NCBI GenBank assembly: GCA_040768985.1
Contig: JAXGLX010000002.1
Location: forward strand, 4,485,871 to 4,549,870
Source: Acidobacteriota bacterium
Lineage (GTDB): Bacteria > Acidobacteriota > JAAYUB01
Length of the DNA stretch: 64,000 nucleotides
Reading direction: 5' to 3'
The position numbers were made by a program, and so were the translations under genes. A model generated the notes under the pieces. That model was given only the letters and a program-made list of their open reading frames with translations. It ran no database searches and was not told where the DNA came from. This document shows positions 35,184 through 44,689 of this stretch, one piece after another (the first letter of the stretch is position 1; each line of letters begins with the position of its first letter).

Positions 35184-36506
35184 CTAGCCTTCGTGGACTA
35201 TTATGGCGGGCGATTCGCGATCCTCCACGGTGCGGATCAGTTGCTGGGCGATCCCGGTCCAGGTGAAGTAGCTGCGCACTCGGTGGGCACCCTCCTGGGC
35301 CAGCCGCCCGGCCAGGTGGCGGTAGCGCAGCGTCTTGACCATGGTGATGCCGAGGTCCTCCGGGTCGAACGGATCGGCGCAGAGCGCGTGGACGCCGTAG
35401 GACATGGTCCGGATCAGGCCGCCGTGCACCGTGATGACAGTGGGGGTGCCGCACGCCATGGCCTCGATGGCGGTCATGCCGAAGGGTTCGTATCGGCTGG
35501 GCAGCACGAACACGTCAGCCGCACGGTAGAAATCGGCCATCTCCTCGTCGGGCAGGGAGCCACGGAACCGGATCCGGTCCGCCAGGCCGGAGCGGTCGGC
35601 CTGTTCCCTGAGTTCCGCAAGCAGCGGGTCGCCTTCCAGGTTCGGCGACTCAGTTCCCACGGCCAGCACCAGGATGGCATCGGGTACGCGCGGGGCGACC
35701 ACCCGGAAGGCGTCCAGCAGCAGGTCGAATCCCTTGTTGCGGGCCAGCCGCCCCACGGAGGCGATGACCCGGTGACCGGTGTAGCCGAGCTGGTCGCGCA
35801 ACAGGTCACGGGACGAGTCGCTGAGCGGGAAAAAGCGATTGTCGTCGTAGCCGGGCGGGATCACCTGGATCTTGTCTGCTGCTGTGCCGTAATCCTTACG
35901 GATGATGTCCAACTGGGGCGGCGAGGTGGCCACCACCAGGTCGCAGTCCTTGAAAATCCGGCTTTCGCTCGCGATGCGCTGCCGGAAATTGTAGGTGGCC
36001 TCGAATGCCGCCTCCTCCTCGGGATGGTCCTGCTGCATCTGCTGTTTCTTCCAGGAGCCAAGGGAATGGGGGGTGAACAGGTGCATGGCCCCCACGGCGT
36101 CGGCGATGTACTGGCCGGCCAGGCCGGCGTCCCAGTAGTGGCTGTTGATGAACTGGTAGTTCAGCCGGTCCCGGGAAATCCAGCGCAGGGCCCGTTCGGC
36201 CCACTCCGGGATGTGCTCGTGCAGGTACTCCTTGGGGATGAAGTTCGGCCCGCCGCACGGGACGCGCAGGATGCGCACGCCCGGTCCGGCGGATTCCTCG
36301 GCGGGCTGCTCCTCGAAGCGGCGGGTCCAGATGTCCACCTGGTAGCTGAGCTGAGCCAGCTTGCGGGACAGTTCCAGCACATACACCACCTGCCCGCCGG
36401 TGTCGGGAGCGCCGAGGGGCGGCTCGGCTGACACGTAGCCATGGGTGGAAATCATGGCGATGCGCCGCTTGACGCGGGGCCGCCGACGTTGCGGGAGGGG
36501 ATTCAT
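35184..36506 (-). CDS. Sucrose-phosphate synthase-like GT4 glycosyltransferase
   Basis: Track ORF 440 aa; N-terminal SPS-type block MISTHGY...DTGGQVVYVLEL; GT4 C-terminal blocks. Confidence 0.8.
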   Translation of the reverse strand: MNPLPQRRRPRVKRRIAMISTHGYVSAEPPLGAPDTGGQVVYVLELSRKLAQLSYQVDIWTRRFEEQPAEESAGPGVRILRVPCGGPNFIPKEYLHEHIPEWAERALRWISRDRLNYQFINSHYWDAGLAGQYIADAVGAMHLFTPHSLGSWKKQQMQQDHPEEEAAFEATYNFRQRIASESRIFKDCDLVVATSPPQLDIIRKDYGTAADKIQVIPPGYDDNRFFPLSDSSRDLLRDQLGYTGHRVIASVGRLARNKGFDLLLDAFRVVAPRVPDAILVLAVGTESPNLEGDPLLAELREQADRSGLADRIRFRGSLPDEEMADFYRAADVFVLPSRYEPFGMTAIEAMACGTPTVITVHGGLIRTMSYGVHALCADPFDPEDLGITMVKTLRYRHLAGRLAQEGAHRVRSYFTWTGIAQQLIRTVEDRESPAIIVHEG

Positions 36507-36748
36507 GATCGGTTCTCCAAAAAATGGTTTTCTACGACGTCCAAACCGCTCCTGGCGGAGGCCACGCGATGCACAGAATTGAGGAACTTGTCGTGCCGGC
36601 GACGACGGCTGGCGTGTGGTGGATCGAGAGCAGACCGCGACGGGTTTCGCATGAGCCAGAGCGTGATTTTCCGGACACCTCAGGTCGCAGTGAACTCATT
36701 GTAGCATCTGGAGTTGAAATCATCAACCCCAAAACGGGCGGCCGCGCG

Positions 36749-38518
36749 TCACATCGGCTCCAGCCGACCGGTCCGCGCCCGATGCTCCATCGCCTGCTGG
36801 CGCCACATGGCCGCGTAGAGGCCGCCGGCGTCGATCAGCTCGTTGTGGCGGCCGGTCTCGACGACGCGGCCCCGGTCCAGCACGTAGATGGTGTCGGCAT
36901 GGGCGATGGTGCTCAGCCGGTGCGCGATCAGGATCACCATGTGCTGCCGGCTGCGCGAGATCTCGCGCAGGGCGCCGGTGATCTCGCCCTCAGTGAGCGA
37001 GTCCAGCGACGAAGTGGCTTCGTCGAAAATGAACAGCCGGGGCGCGCGCAGCAGCGCGCGGGCGATGGCGAGGCGCTGCCGCTCGCCGCCGGAAACCCGC
37101 AGCCCGCCCTCGCCCAGGCGCGTGTCGAGCCCCTGGTCCGACCGCGCCAACAACGGGCCCGCCGAGGCGCGGCGCAGCACGTCGAGCATCTCGGCGTCGG
37201 TGGCCTCCGGCTTCACCAGTTGCAGGTTTTCCCGGATGGTGCCCGAGAAGAGCTGGGCGTCCTGGGCGACGAAGCCGATCTGGCGGCGGACGCGGTTGTA
37301 GCGCAGCTCGTTGATGGGGACCCCGTCCACCGACACGACGCCGCCGTTCGGGGCGTAGAGCCCGAGCAGCAGCTTGACCAGCGTGCTCTTGCCGCAGCCC
37401 GACGGGCCGGCGAAGGCGATGGTGTCGCCGAGCCGCGCCTCAAACGAGATGTGGTCGATGGCGTTGTCGGCCGCCCCCCGGTACCGGAAGACCACGTCGT
37501 CGAATTGCAGCCGCTCGATCACGCCGATCTCGACGGGTTCGTCCGGCCGCTTTTCGATGGGCGTCTGCATGAGCCGGTCGAACGCCAGCAGCGAGGCCTC
37601 GGACTCGCGGTAGCTCAGGATGACCCGGCCGAGCTGATGGAGCGGGCCGAAGATCGTGTTGAGGATCAGCTGGAACGACACCAGCTCGCCGGCCGACAGG
37701 GCCTGGCGGAAGATGAGCCAGAGCAGGATGAACAGGATCGACTGCCGCAGGAGGTTGATGAGCGTGCCCTGCAGGAAGGCGAGGCCGCGGATCTTGCGGA
37801 CCTTTTCCATCTCGAGGTCGAAGATCCGCCGGGTGTGGACCTGCAGCCGGCGGATCTCCGGCCAGGTGAGCCCCAGGCTCTTGACCAGCTCGATGTTGCG
37901 GAGCGACTCGGTGATCTGGCCGGACTGGCGCACGCTCTCGCGGACGATGGCGCGCTGGACGGTCCGGATCTTGTGGCTGAGCAGACCCGTGAACCCGGCC
38001 ATGAGCGCGACGCCGATCCCGAACACCGGGATCAGCAGCCAGTTCTTGGTCACGCCGTACCAGACGATGAAGCCGATGCCCACGGCGGAGGAATAGAGGA
38101 TGGTGACAGCCGCGTCCAGGAAGCGCTCGGTGTCGGTGCGCACCTTCTGCAGCAGGCCCATCGTCTCGCCGCTGCTGCGCGCCTCGAGCTCCACGAACGA
38201 CAGCCGCAGCGTCTGCTTGAGGCCGTCGTTGAACATCTCCGTTCCGGACTTGCCCACCACGAGCCGCAGCAGGTACTCCTGGACGGCCGTGGCGGCGCGG
38301 GCGGTCAGGGCGATGGCCACCGCCAGGGCCAGCCAGCCCAGCGCGCCGCGGACGAGTTCCGCTTCCGAACGCCCGCCGGGATTGAGCACGTAGTCGTCCA
38401 GGATCCGGCCGAAGATCAGCGGATCGACGAGCGCCAGCACCTGGGCGAGGCCGGCCAACATCAGGATCAGCGCGATGAGCCCGCGGTGCGGTCGGAGGTA
38501 GCGCCAGAGTATTTTCAT
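36749..38518 (-). CDS. ABC transporter fused permease/ATP-binding protein (type I exporter)
   Basis: Track ORF 589 aa; Walker A GPSGCGKST, ABC signature LSGGERQR, Walker B LFIFDEATS. Confidence 0.9.
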   Translation of the reverse strand: MKILWRYLRPHRGLIALILMLAGLAQVLALVDPLIFGRILDDYVLNPGGRSEAELVRGALGWLALAVAIALTARAATAVQEYLLRLVVGKSGTEMFNDGLKQTLRLSFVELEARSSGETMGLLQKVRTDTERFLDAAVTILYSSAVGIGFIVWYGVTKNWLLIPVFGIGVALMAGFTGLLSHKIRTVQRAIVRESVRQSGQITESLRNIELVKSLGLTWPEIRRLQVHTRRIFDLEMEKVRKIRGLAFLQGTLINLLRQSILFILLWLIFRQALSAGELVSFQLILNTIFGPLHQLGRVILSYRESEASLLAFDRLMQTPIEKRPDEPVEIGVIERLQFDDVVFRYRGAADNAIDHISFEARLGDTIAFAGPSGCGKSTLVKLLLGLYAPNGGVVSVDGVPINELRYNRVRRQIGFVAQDAQLFSGTIRENLQLVKPEATDAEMLDVLRRASAGPLLARSDQGLDTRLGEGGLRVSGGERQRLAIARALLRAPRLFIFDEATSSLDSLTEGEITGALREISRSRQHMVILIAHRLSTIAHADTIYVLDRGRVVETGRHNELIDAGGLYAAMWRQQAMEHRARTGRLEPM

Positions 38519-38611
38519 CAGTCACCCTGCCTGTCCGGCAGATGGCAGGCGGCGGATCGGCGCGCAGGCGGAATATGTCCGCGGCGAGGCGGCCGTCGCC
38601 GCGGTTGTCCG

Positions 38612-39535
38612 CTAGCGGCGGCGGTACACGTCGGTGCTCAGGTACTTGAGGCCGGAGTCGCACAGGAGCGTCGCCACGCGGGCCTGCGGACCCAGCCGCT
38701 CGGCCACTTGGAGCGCGGCGATGACGTTGGCGCCGGACGACGTCCCCGCAAAGAGGGCCTCCTCCTTCGCCAGGCGGCGGGTCATCGCCTTCGCATCCTC
38801 GGTCGGCACGGCGATGATCTCGTCCACCAGCGCCGGCTCCCAGAGCGGCGGCACGTAGCCGATCCCGACCCCCTCGATCTTGTGGGGTCCCGGCGCGCCG
38901 CCCAGCATCACCGACGATTCGGCCGGCTCCACGGCGACGATCCGGACACCCGGGTGGCGGCGCTTCAACACGGCGGCGACTCCGCGCAGTGAAGCCGCCG
39001 TGCCCACGCTGTGCACGAAGGCGTCGATCCGGCCCTCGGTCTGCGCCCAGATCTCCTCGCCCAGCGGATGGTACCCCGCGATGGCGTCTTGGTTGTTGAG
39101 CTGGTCGGTCCAGAACGTGCCGGGCTCCCGGCTGATCCGGCGGGCGGCTTCGATCATGTCCAGGATCAGCTGCTTGGTGGTGAGGCCGCCCTCGCTGGGG
39201 ACGAGCGTCAACTCCGCGCCGAGCGCCGCCATGTGGTCGCGCTTTTCGGCGCTGAACGCGTCGGATGTGACGATCCGGATGCAGTACCCCCGGGCGGCGC
39301 ACACCAGCGCCAGCGATGTCCCGGTGGAGCCGCCCGTGTACTCGACCACGGTGCCGCCGGGCGCGAGCCGGCCGTCGGCCTCGGCGCACGCGATCACCGC
39401 CTGCGCCATCCGGTCCTTCATGCTGCCGGTGGGGTTCTCCCACTCGAGCTTGGCGAACAGGGCCGCGCCGTTGGCGGGGACGATCCGGCGCAGCCGGACC
39501 AGCGAGGTGTGGCCGATGGTCTGGAGCACGTCCAT
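38612..39535 (-). CDS. Cysteine synthase family PLP-dependent enzyme (CysK/CysM-like)
   Basis: Track ORF 307 aa; PLP-lysine context NPTGSMKDR. Confidence 0.85.
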   Translation of the reverse strand: MDVLQTIGHTSLVRLRRIVPANGAALFAKLEWENPTGSMKDRMAQAVIACAEADGRLAPGGTVVEYTGGSTGTSLALVCAARGYCIRIVTSDAFSAEKRDHMAALGAELTLVPSEGGLTTKQLILDMIEAARRISREPGTFWTDQLNNQDAIAGYHPLGEEIWAQTEGRIDAFVHSVGTAASLRGVAAVLKRRHPGVRIVAVEPAESSVMLGGAPGPHKIEGVGIGYVPPLWEPALVDEIIAVPTEDAKAMTRRLAKEEALFAGTSSGANVIAALQVAERLGPQARVATLLCDSGLKYLSTDVYRRR

Positions 39536-39671
39536 GGACGGGACCTCCTGCGAATCACGAGTGGCACGATCAGTCTACCACGCCCGGAACGGATCCTGTT
39601 TGAAACCCTGCGGATTACGATGTATCATTTTTACGGTGTCCGGATTTCGAATCGCATGCAGGAGCAAACCG

Positions 39672-40511
39672 ATGAAGCCACTGCCAACCGTCTGGATGGG
39701 CGCGCTGATGCTGGTGGCGCTTGCCGGCGCCGCCGCGGGCCAGCAGCAAGACGCCCGGGAATGCAAGGACCACCCGCTGTTCACACGGATGCCCGGCTAC
39801 TGGATCCACAGTTGCGTCGAACGGCAGTTCGACGCGTTCGACTTCATTGTGGGCCCGAACAAGAAAACCAGCCATGTGGAAGGCCAGTTGTGGAAAATCA
39901 ACTACTACCCCCAGAACAGCCTCAATCCGAAACCCAGTGAGCTCCAGATCCAGCGCAACTTTCAGAACGCGGTCCAGAAGCAGGGCGGCAAGGTGGTCTG
40001 GACCGAAAAGGCCCAGGACACCTACATGCTCGTCAAGGACGGCGTGGAGGTCTGGGTGCATCTCAGGGCCGAATTCACCGGCAAGTACTTTCTGACCATC
40101 GTCCAGAAGCAGGCCATGGCGCAGGACATCGTGGTCGACGCGGCCGCGCTGGCCCAGGGGCTGGCCGCCGAGGGGCACATGACGGTGGAGGGGATCTATT
40201 TCGACACCGGCAAGGCGGTGATCAAACCCGAGTCGGCGCAGGCCATCGGCGAGATCGCCGGTCTGCTGAAGTCGGATCCGACCCTCAAGGTGTTCGTGGT
40301 GGGGCACACCGACAGCGTCAGCACCGTGGAGGTGAACCTGAAGCTGTCCCAGGACCGGGCCCAAGCGGTGCTGCAGGCGCTGGTTAGCCAGCACGGCATC
40401 GATCCCGCCCGGCTCCGGGCGCACGGCTGCGGCCCCTTCGCCCCCGTGGCCACCAACGCCACCGAGGCGGGCCGGGCCAAGAACCGCCGGGTGGAACTGG
40501 TGAAGCAATAA
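39672..40511 (+). CDS. OmpA-family protein (C-terminal OmpA-like peptidoglycan-binding domain) with signal peptide
   Basis: In-frame tail of track ORF 38880-40511 from MKPLPTVW; C-terminal NRRVEL motif; paralog of 46986-47831. Confidence 0.8.
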   Translation: MKPLPTVWMGALMLVALAGAAAGQQQDARECKDHPLFTRMPGYWIHSCVERQFDAFDFIVGPNKKTSHVEGQLWKINYYPQNSLNPKPSELQIQRNFQNAVQKQGGKVVWTEKAQDTYMLVKDGVEVWVHLRAEFTGKYFLTIVQKQAMAQDIVVDAAALAQGLAAEGHMTVEGIYFDTGKAVIKPESAQAIGEIAGLLKSDPTLKVFVVGHTDSVSTVEVNLKLSQDRAQAVLQALVSQHGIDPARLRAHGCGPFAPVATNATEAGRAKNRRVELVKQ

Positions 40512-40541
40512 CCAGGCACTATCCGCCGCGGGTCCGGCGGA

Positions 40542-42239
40542 TCAGGAGCCAAAAAACCGCAGAAACTTCCGCTCGCCGTCGTCGGTGCCGATGAGGATCA
40601 GTTCGGCGCCCGCCGCGAGGGGCGTCGCCGGATCGGGGTTGATGGCCAGGCCGCCGTCGGCCCGGATCGCAATGACGGAACAGTCCGTGGCCGCGCGGAT
40701 CCCCGATTGGGACAGGTTGCGGCCCACCAGTGACGCCGGAACCGCCAGGCTGAAGATGTTCAATCCTTCGGCCAGCATCCAGGTGTCCTCGTTGCGCAGG
40801 AAGTTGAAGATGGCGTCGGCGCCCAGCGCGGCGTACGACATGACGAAGTCGGCCCCGGCGCGGTGCAGCGTCGAGACGTTGCGATTGAGATTGGCGCGGC
40901 TGAGGATCTGCATGTCCGGCCGCAGGCTGCGCAGGTACTTGGTCAGGTAGATGTTGACGGCGTCGTCGTGGGTGGTGATGAGGGCGGCGGGGGTCTTGTC
41001 GATCCAGGCCCGCTGCAGCGTGCGGATATCGGCGGCGTCGCCGATGACGTGGTGCTCCTGGTCCTCCACCTGTCGCGGGTTTTTCTCGACGACCCGGTAG
41101 GGGCTGCCCCGCTCCTTGAACCGCGCGGCGATCGTGTCGCCCACCCGGCCGCTGCCGACGATCAGGATCGGATCCTGGGTCAGCTCGCGGAGATGGTAGC
41201 GTGAGAACTCCGCGTCGAACGCCGCCAGCCCCGCTTCGGCGCCGGCCAGCACGAGGGCGCTGGTGCGGCCGATGCGGCGGTCGGCGCGCGGAATCTCGAA
41301 CCGTCCCCGCTCCCAGATCCCCACGATGCTGAGTCCGAATCGCTCGCGCAGCCGGCTCTCGGCCAGCGTCTGGCCCACCAGCGGGGTGCCCATGGCCGCG
41401 AACTCGGCGATCACCAGCTCGTCGAAGCGGCTGATGATGTTGGCGCGGCAGTCGCCGCCCACGGTCCAGGCGGCCAGGGAGCGCCCCAGGATGTCGTAGA
41501 TCTGGATCACCTTCGTGCTGCCGGCCATCTCCAGGATGTCCACGGAGTGGGGGGAATCGGCGGTGGTGAGGACGGGAACCTCCTCGCTCAGCTCCCGGAC
41601 GGTGAAGGCGACGTTGGTGTTGATCTCGTCGCGGCTGGTGGCGACGACGAGCGCCGCGCGGTCGGCGCGCAGCCGGCGATATGTCTCCGGGTCATCGATA
41701 GCCCCCACGGCCACCCGGATGCCCACGTCGTACAGCTCCAGCGCATGCTTGAAGTCGTCCACCACGAGGACGTAGTCGCAGCGGTGGGCCTGCAGCTTCT
41801 CGATCAGGGCGGCCGTAACCGGATCGTAGCTCGTGATGATGACGTGACCCCGCGTCCCGGGCGGCAGCTCGCGGGGAGCGCGGTTGCGGGCCTCGGCCTC
41901 GATCCAGGGGCCGTAAAAGAACTTGATGAACATGAAGGGGAGCAGGGTCAGCAGGAAGATCATCCCGGACAGCAGCACGACGATGGAGAACGCTTTGCCC
42001 AGGTCCGTCGCGAAGGTGATGTCGCCGAAGCCCAGCGTGGACATGACCGTGAGGGTCCAGTACACCCCCGTGATCCAGGAGTGGTCCTGCCCTTCCGCGG
42101 CCATGATGTAATGGAAGATTACGCTGTAGACGGCCACCATGCCCGAAAGGACAAGGAGAAAATTGAGCAGCTGACGGAGATTGCGCCGGGTGCTGGCCCG
42201 CTGGAAAAAATAGCTGACGACGGCGGGATTGAATTTCAT
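40542..42239 (-). CDS. Potassium channel protein with two RCK/TrkA-like domains
   Basis: Track ORF 565 aa; selectivity filter TLGFGD; two Rossmann-like blocks downstream. Confidence 0.85.
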   Translation of the reverse strand: MKFNPAVVSYFFQRASTRRNLRQLLNFLLVLSGMVAVYSVIFHYIMAAEGQDHSWITGVYWTLTVMSTLGFGDITFATDLGKAFSIVVLLSGMIFLLTLLPFMFIKFFYGPWIEAEARNRAPRELPPGTRGHVIITSYDPVTAALIEKLQAHRCDYVLVVDDFKHALELYDVGIRVAVGAIDDPETYRRLRADRAALVVATSRDEINTNVAFTVRELSEEVPVLTTADSPHSVDILEMAGSTKVIQIYDILGRSLAAWTVGGDCRANIISRFDELVIAEFAAMGTPLVGQTLAESRLRERFGLSIVGIWERGRFEIPRADRRIGRTSALVLAGAEAGLAAFDAEFSRYHLRELTQDPILIVGSGRVGDTIAARFKERGSPYRVVEKNPRQVEDQEHHVIGDAADIRTLQRAWIDKTPAALITTHDDAVNIYLTKYLRSLRPDMQILSRANLNRNVSTLHRAGADFVMSYAALGADAIFNFLRNEDTWMLAEGLNIFSLAVPASLVGRNLSQSGIRAATDCSVIAIRADGGLAINPDPATPLAAGAELILIGTDDGERKFLRFFGS

Positions 42240-42377
42240 GGCCCCTCACCACCTGGGTGGTAATCGATCGATGTCGTCGGGCAAAACTGATCTTAGAGGC
42301 TTTCTCGGTGGCTGTCAATCAACCGAGCGCCCGCTGATGGTCGGAACGGCCGGCCCCGCCGAAGGTGTCAGGACGTA

Positions 42378-42822
42378 CCACCTTCGACCCGCCTCGCGGG
42401 TCGCGGCTCAACGATGATTGGTTCAATACACCCCGGGCTCGCGTCCGGGGTTACCCATGCGCGTTGATGAGACTGCCCTTGGTTACAGGTTATTAATTTC
42501 CAGCAAGGAGATTGTCGGCGGGGAAACGACCCGCGGCACGCGGGTCGAATATGGGTAGCCCCGGGTGAAACCCGGGGGCCGTTCCGCCCCGCCGTGAGCC
42601 GGGGCGACCCGCGTCGCGGGTCGAATAGGATCGGCCGCCGGAGCGGCTCAGGGCCGGTTTCAACGCCTTGACGGCACCCGTTTGTCGCATCCTCCCACCG
42701 AGCTCCACCCCACCTTCGACCCGCCTCGCGGGTCGCGGCCCAACGATGATCGGCGCCACAAACCCCGGGCTCGCGCCCGGGGCTACCCACCTTCGACCCG
42801 CCTTGCGGGTCGCTTAACCAAT
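42378..42822. repeat. Cluster of REP-like GC-rich palindromic elements: ~80-bp unit in two direct copies (approx 42378-42457 and 42708-42788), a partial copy (42790-42813) and inverted hairpin fragments (42527-42623)
   Basis: Units share ccaccttcgacccgcctcgcgggtcgcgg...ccccgggctcgcg(t/c)ccgggg(t/c)taccca; internal inverted repeats cgacccgc/gcgggtcg and ccccggg/cccgggg. Confidence 0.7.
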
Positions 42823-42944
42823 ACTCTTTCATCCGGTGGGCATTTACAGTAACCTGTGAGCGCCGACTTTCACGAACCGACGGCGCACCGCGGGACCGAT
42901 CCGAGGGGCTTGGGCCGGGCGCCGCCGGCAAGGAGCGAACCGCG

Positions 42945-43763
42945 ATGCATCCAGCGCTTGCCTTCATGAGCCGGCCGGGGCGGATTCTGGCCATGATCCA
43001 CGTCGGGGCCCTGCCCGGCACGCCGCGGAGCCGCGGGTCGATGGCGGAGGTCGTGGAGCGGGCCGCGGCCGAGGCGGCCGTCTACCGCGACGCGGGCGTG
43101 GACGCGCTGCTCGTGGAGAACATGCACGACGTCCCCTACCTGAACCGCGCCGTGGGCCCCGAGATCACCGCCGCCATGACGGTGGCGGCCCAGGCGGCGG
43201 CCCGCGCCGGCGGGCTGCCCACGGGCGTCCAGATCCTGGCCGGGGCGAACCGGGAGGCGCTGGCGGCGGCGCTGGCCGCGGGGTGCGCGTTCGTCCGGGC
43301 CGAAGGATTCGTGTTCGGCCACATCGCCGACGAGGGCTACATCGACGCTTGCGCCGGCGAGCTGCTCCGCTACCGCCGCGCCATCGGCGCCGAAGCGGTG
43401 GCCGTCCTGGCGGACGTGAAGAAGAAGCACAGCTCCCACGCCGTGACCGCCGACGTCGACATCGTGGAGACCGCCCGCGCGGCGGAGTTCTTCGCCGCCG
43501 ACGGCGTCGTCGTCACCGGGGTGGCCACCGCCCGGGAGACGGATCCGGAGGAACTCGCCACCGTGCGCGGCGCGGTGGGCGTCCCCGTCCTGGTTGGTTC
43601 GGGCGTGACGGAGGCCAACGTGGACCGGTACCTTTCGCACGCCCACGGACTCATCGTCGGGTCGCACTTCAAGGTGGACGGCTGCTGGGACCGGCCGGTG
43701 GACGCCGACCGGGTTCACCGCTTCATGGACCGGGTGCGCGCGCTGCGGGAGCGCGGCGCATGA
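42945..43763 (+). CDS. BtpA/SgcQ-family TIM-barrel protein
   Basis: Track ORF 272 aa; N-terminal block ILAMIHVGALPGTP. Confidence 0.75.
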   Translation: MHPALAFMSRPGRILAMIHVGALPGTPRSRGSMAEVVERAAAEAAVYRDAGVDALLVENMHDVPYLNRAVGPEITAAMTVAAQAAARAGGLPTGVQILAGANREALAAALAAGCAFVRAEGFVFGHIADEGYIDACAGELLRYRRAIGAEAVAVLADVKKKHSSHAVTADVDIVETARAAEFFAADGVVVTGVATARETDPEELATVRGAVGVPVLVGSGVTEANVDRYLSHAHGLIVGSHFKVDGCWDRPVDADRVHRFMDRVRALRERGA

Positions 43764-44689
43764 GGATCGTCGTCGTCGGCAGCTCCATCCTGGACGTGGT
43801 CGCCCGGCCCACCTCGCGGGTGGCGCGGGACACGTCCAACGAGGGCGTGGTCACACTGGGGGCGGGCGGCGCGGGGCGCAACGTGGCGGAAAACCTGGCG
43901 CGCCTGGGCTGCCGGGTGACCCTGGTGACGGACCTGGGCGACGATTTCGCCGGGCGCTTCCTGCTGGACAACATCCGGGAGCTGGGCATCGAGGCGCGGC
44001 TGTCCGCGCGGTCACGCACCGGTGTCTACCTGGCTCTCCTCAACGGCGACGGCTCCCTCGACCGGGGTTTCTGCGGCACCGGCACGGAGGCCATCTCGCC
44101 GTTCGCTATGCTGAACGCGCTGCCCGACTTGCAGGACTTTCATGGCGCGGTCATCGATGCCAACCTGTCGGAAACCGCCGTCGCGGCGCTGGCGGAGCGG
44201 TGCCGCCGCCTGAAGGTGCCCTACGCGGTGGAGTCGGTGGCCCACGAGCGGGCCCGGCGGGCGCTGCCGGCCATCCCGGGCTGCGTCCTCATCAAGCCGG
44301 ACCGCGCCGAGGCGCGCACGCTCACCGGCTTGCCCTGCGACACCCCGGCCGAGGCGGCCGCGTGCGCCCGGCGGCTGCGCGCCATGGGTGCCGGCACGGC
44401 CATCGTCAGCCTGGGCGCGGACGGCTTCCACATGGAGCACCCGGAGTTCTCCAGCCACATCCCCGCGCTCCCCGCCGCGGTGGCCAACGTCACCGGCGCG
44501 GGGGACGCGCTGTTCGCCGTCGCCTTCGCGGCGATCCTGAAGGGACTGCCGCCGCGGCTGGCGGCGGAGGCGGGACGCCGCGCCGCCGCGCTCACCGTGA
44601 CCAGCCTCGCCGCCGTGAGCCCCGCCATCACGCCGGAGCTGCTGAACCCGGCCGGATTGAATCCGACGACGGACGGAGGGCGCCCGTGA
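43760..44689 (+). CDS. psuK: PfkB-family kinase, probably pseudouridine kinase
   Basis: In-frame tail of track ORF 43283-44689 from MRIVVVG; ATGA overlap with the BtpA stop; assignment rests on adjacency to the psuG-like gene. Confidence 0.7.
   Translation: MRIVVVGSSILDVVARPTSRVARDTSNEGVVTLGAGGAGRNVAENLARLGCRVTLVTDLGDDFAGRFLLDNIRELGIEARLSARSRTGVYLALLNGDGSLDRGFCGTGTEAISPFAMLNALPDLQDFHGAVIDANLSETAVAALAERCRRLKVPYAVESVAHERARRALPAIPGCVLIKPDRAEARTLTGLPCDTPAEAAACARRLRAMGAGTAIVSLGADGFHMEHPEFSSHIPALPAAVANVTGAGDALFAVAFAAILKGLPPRLAAEAGRRAAALTVTSLAAVSPAITPELLNPAGLNPTTDGGRP

Noticed and set aside
36524-39443. 822-aa plus-strand and 667-aa minus-strand ORFs over the ABC exporter / cysteine synthase region
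   Set aside because: Antisense or off-frame to genes with Walker/ABC-signature and PLP motifs.
40512-40541. Bidirectional terminator between the convergent OmpA and K+ channel genes
   Set aside because: An 8-bp GC hairpin (atccgccg / cggcggat) is present but neither strand has a U-tract after it; too weak to call.
42378-42822. tRNA or tmRNA gene hypothesis suggested by GGGTCGAA-like words
   Set aside because: No cloverleaf could be built by eye (no acceptor stem or anticodon arm); the elements occur in both orientations as simple hairpins.
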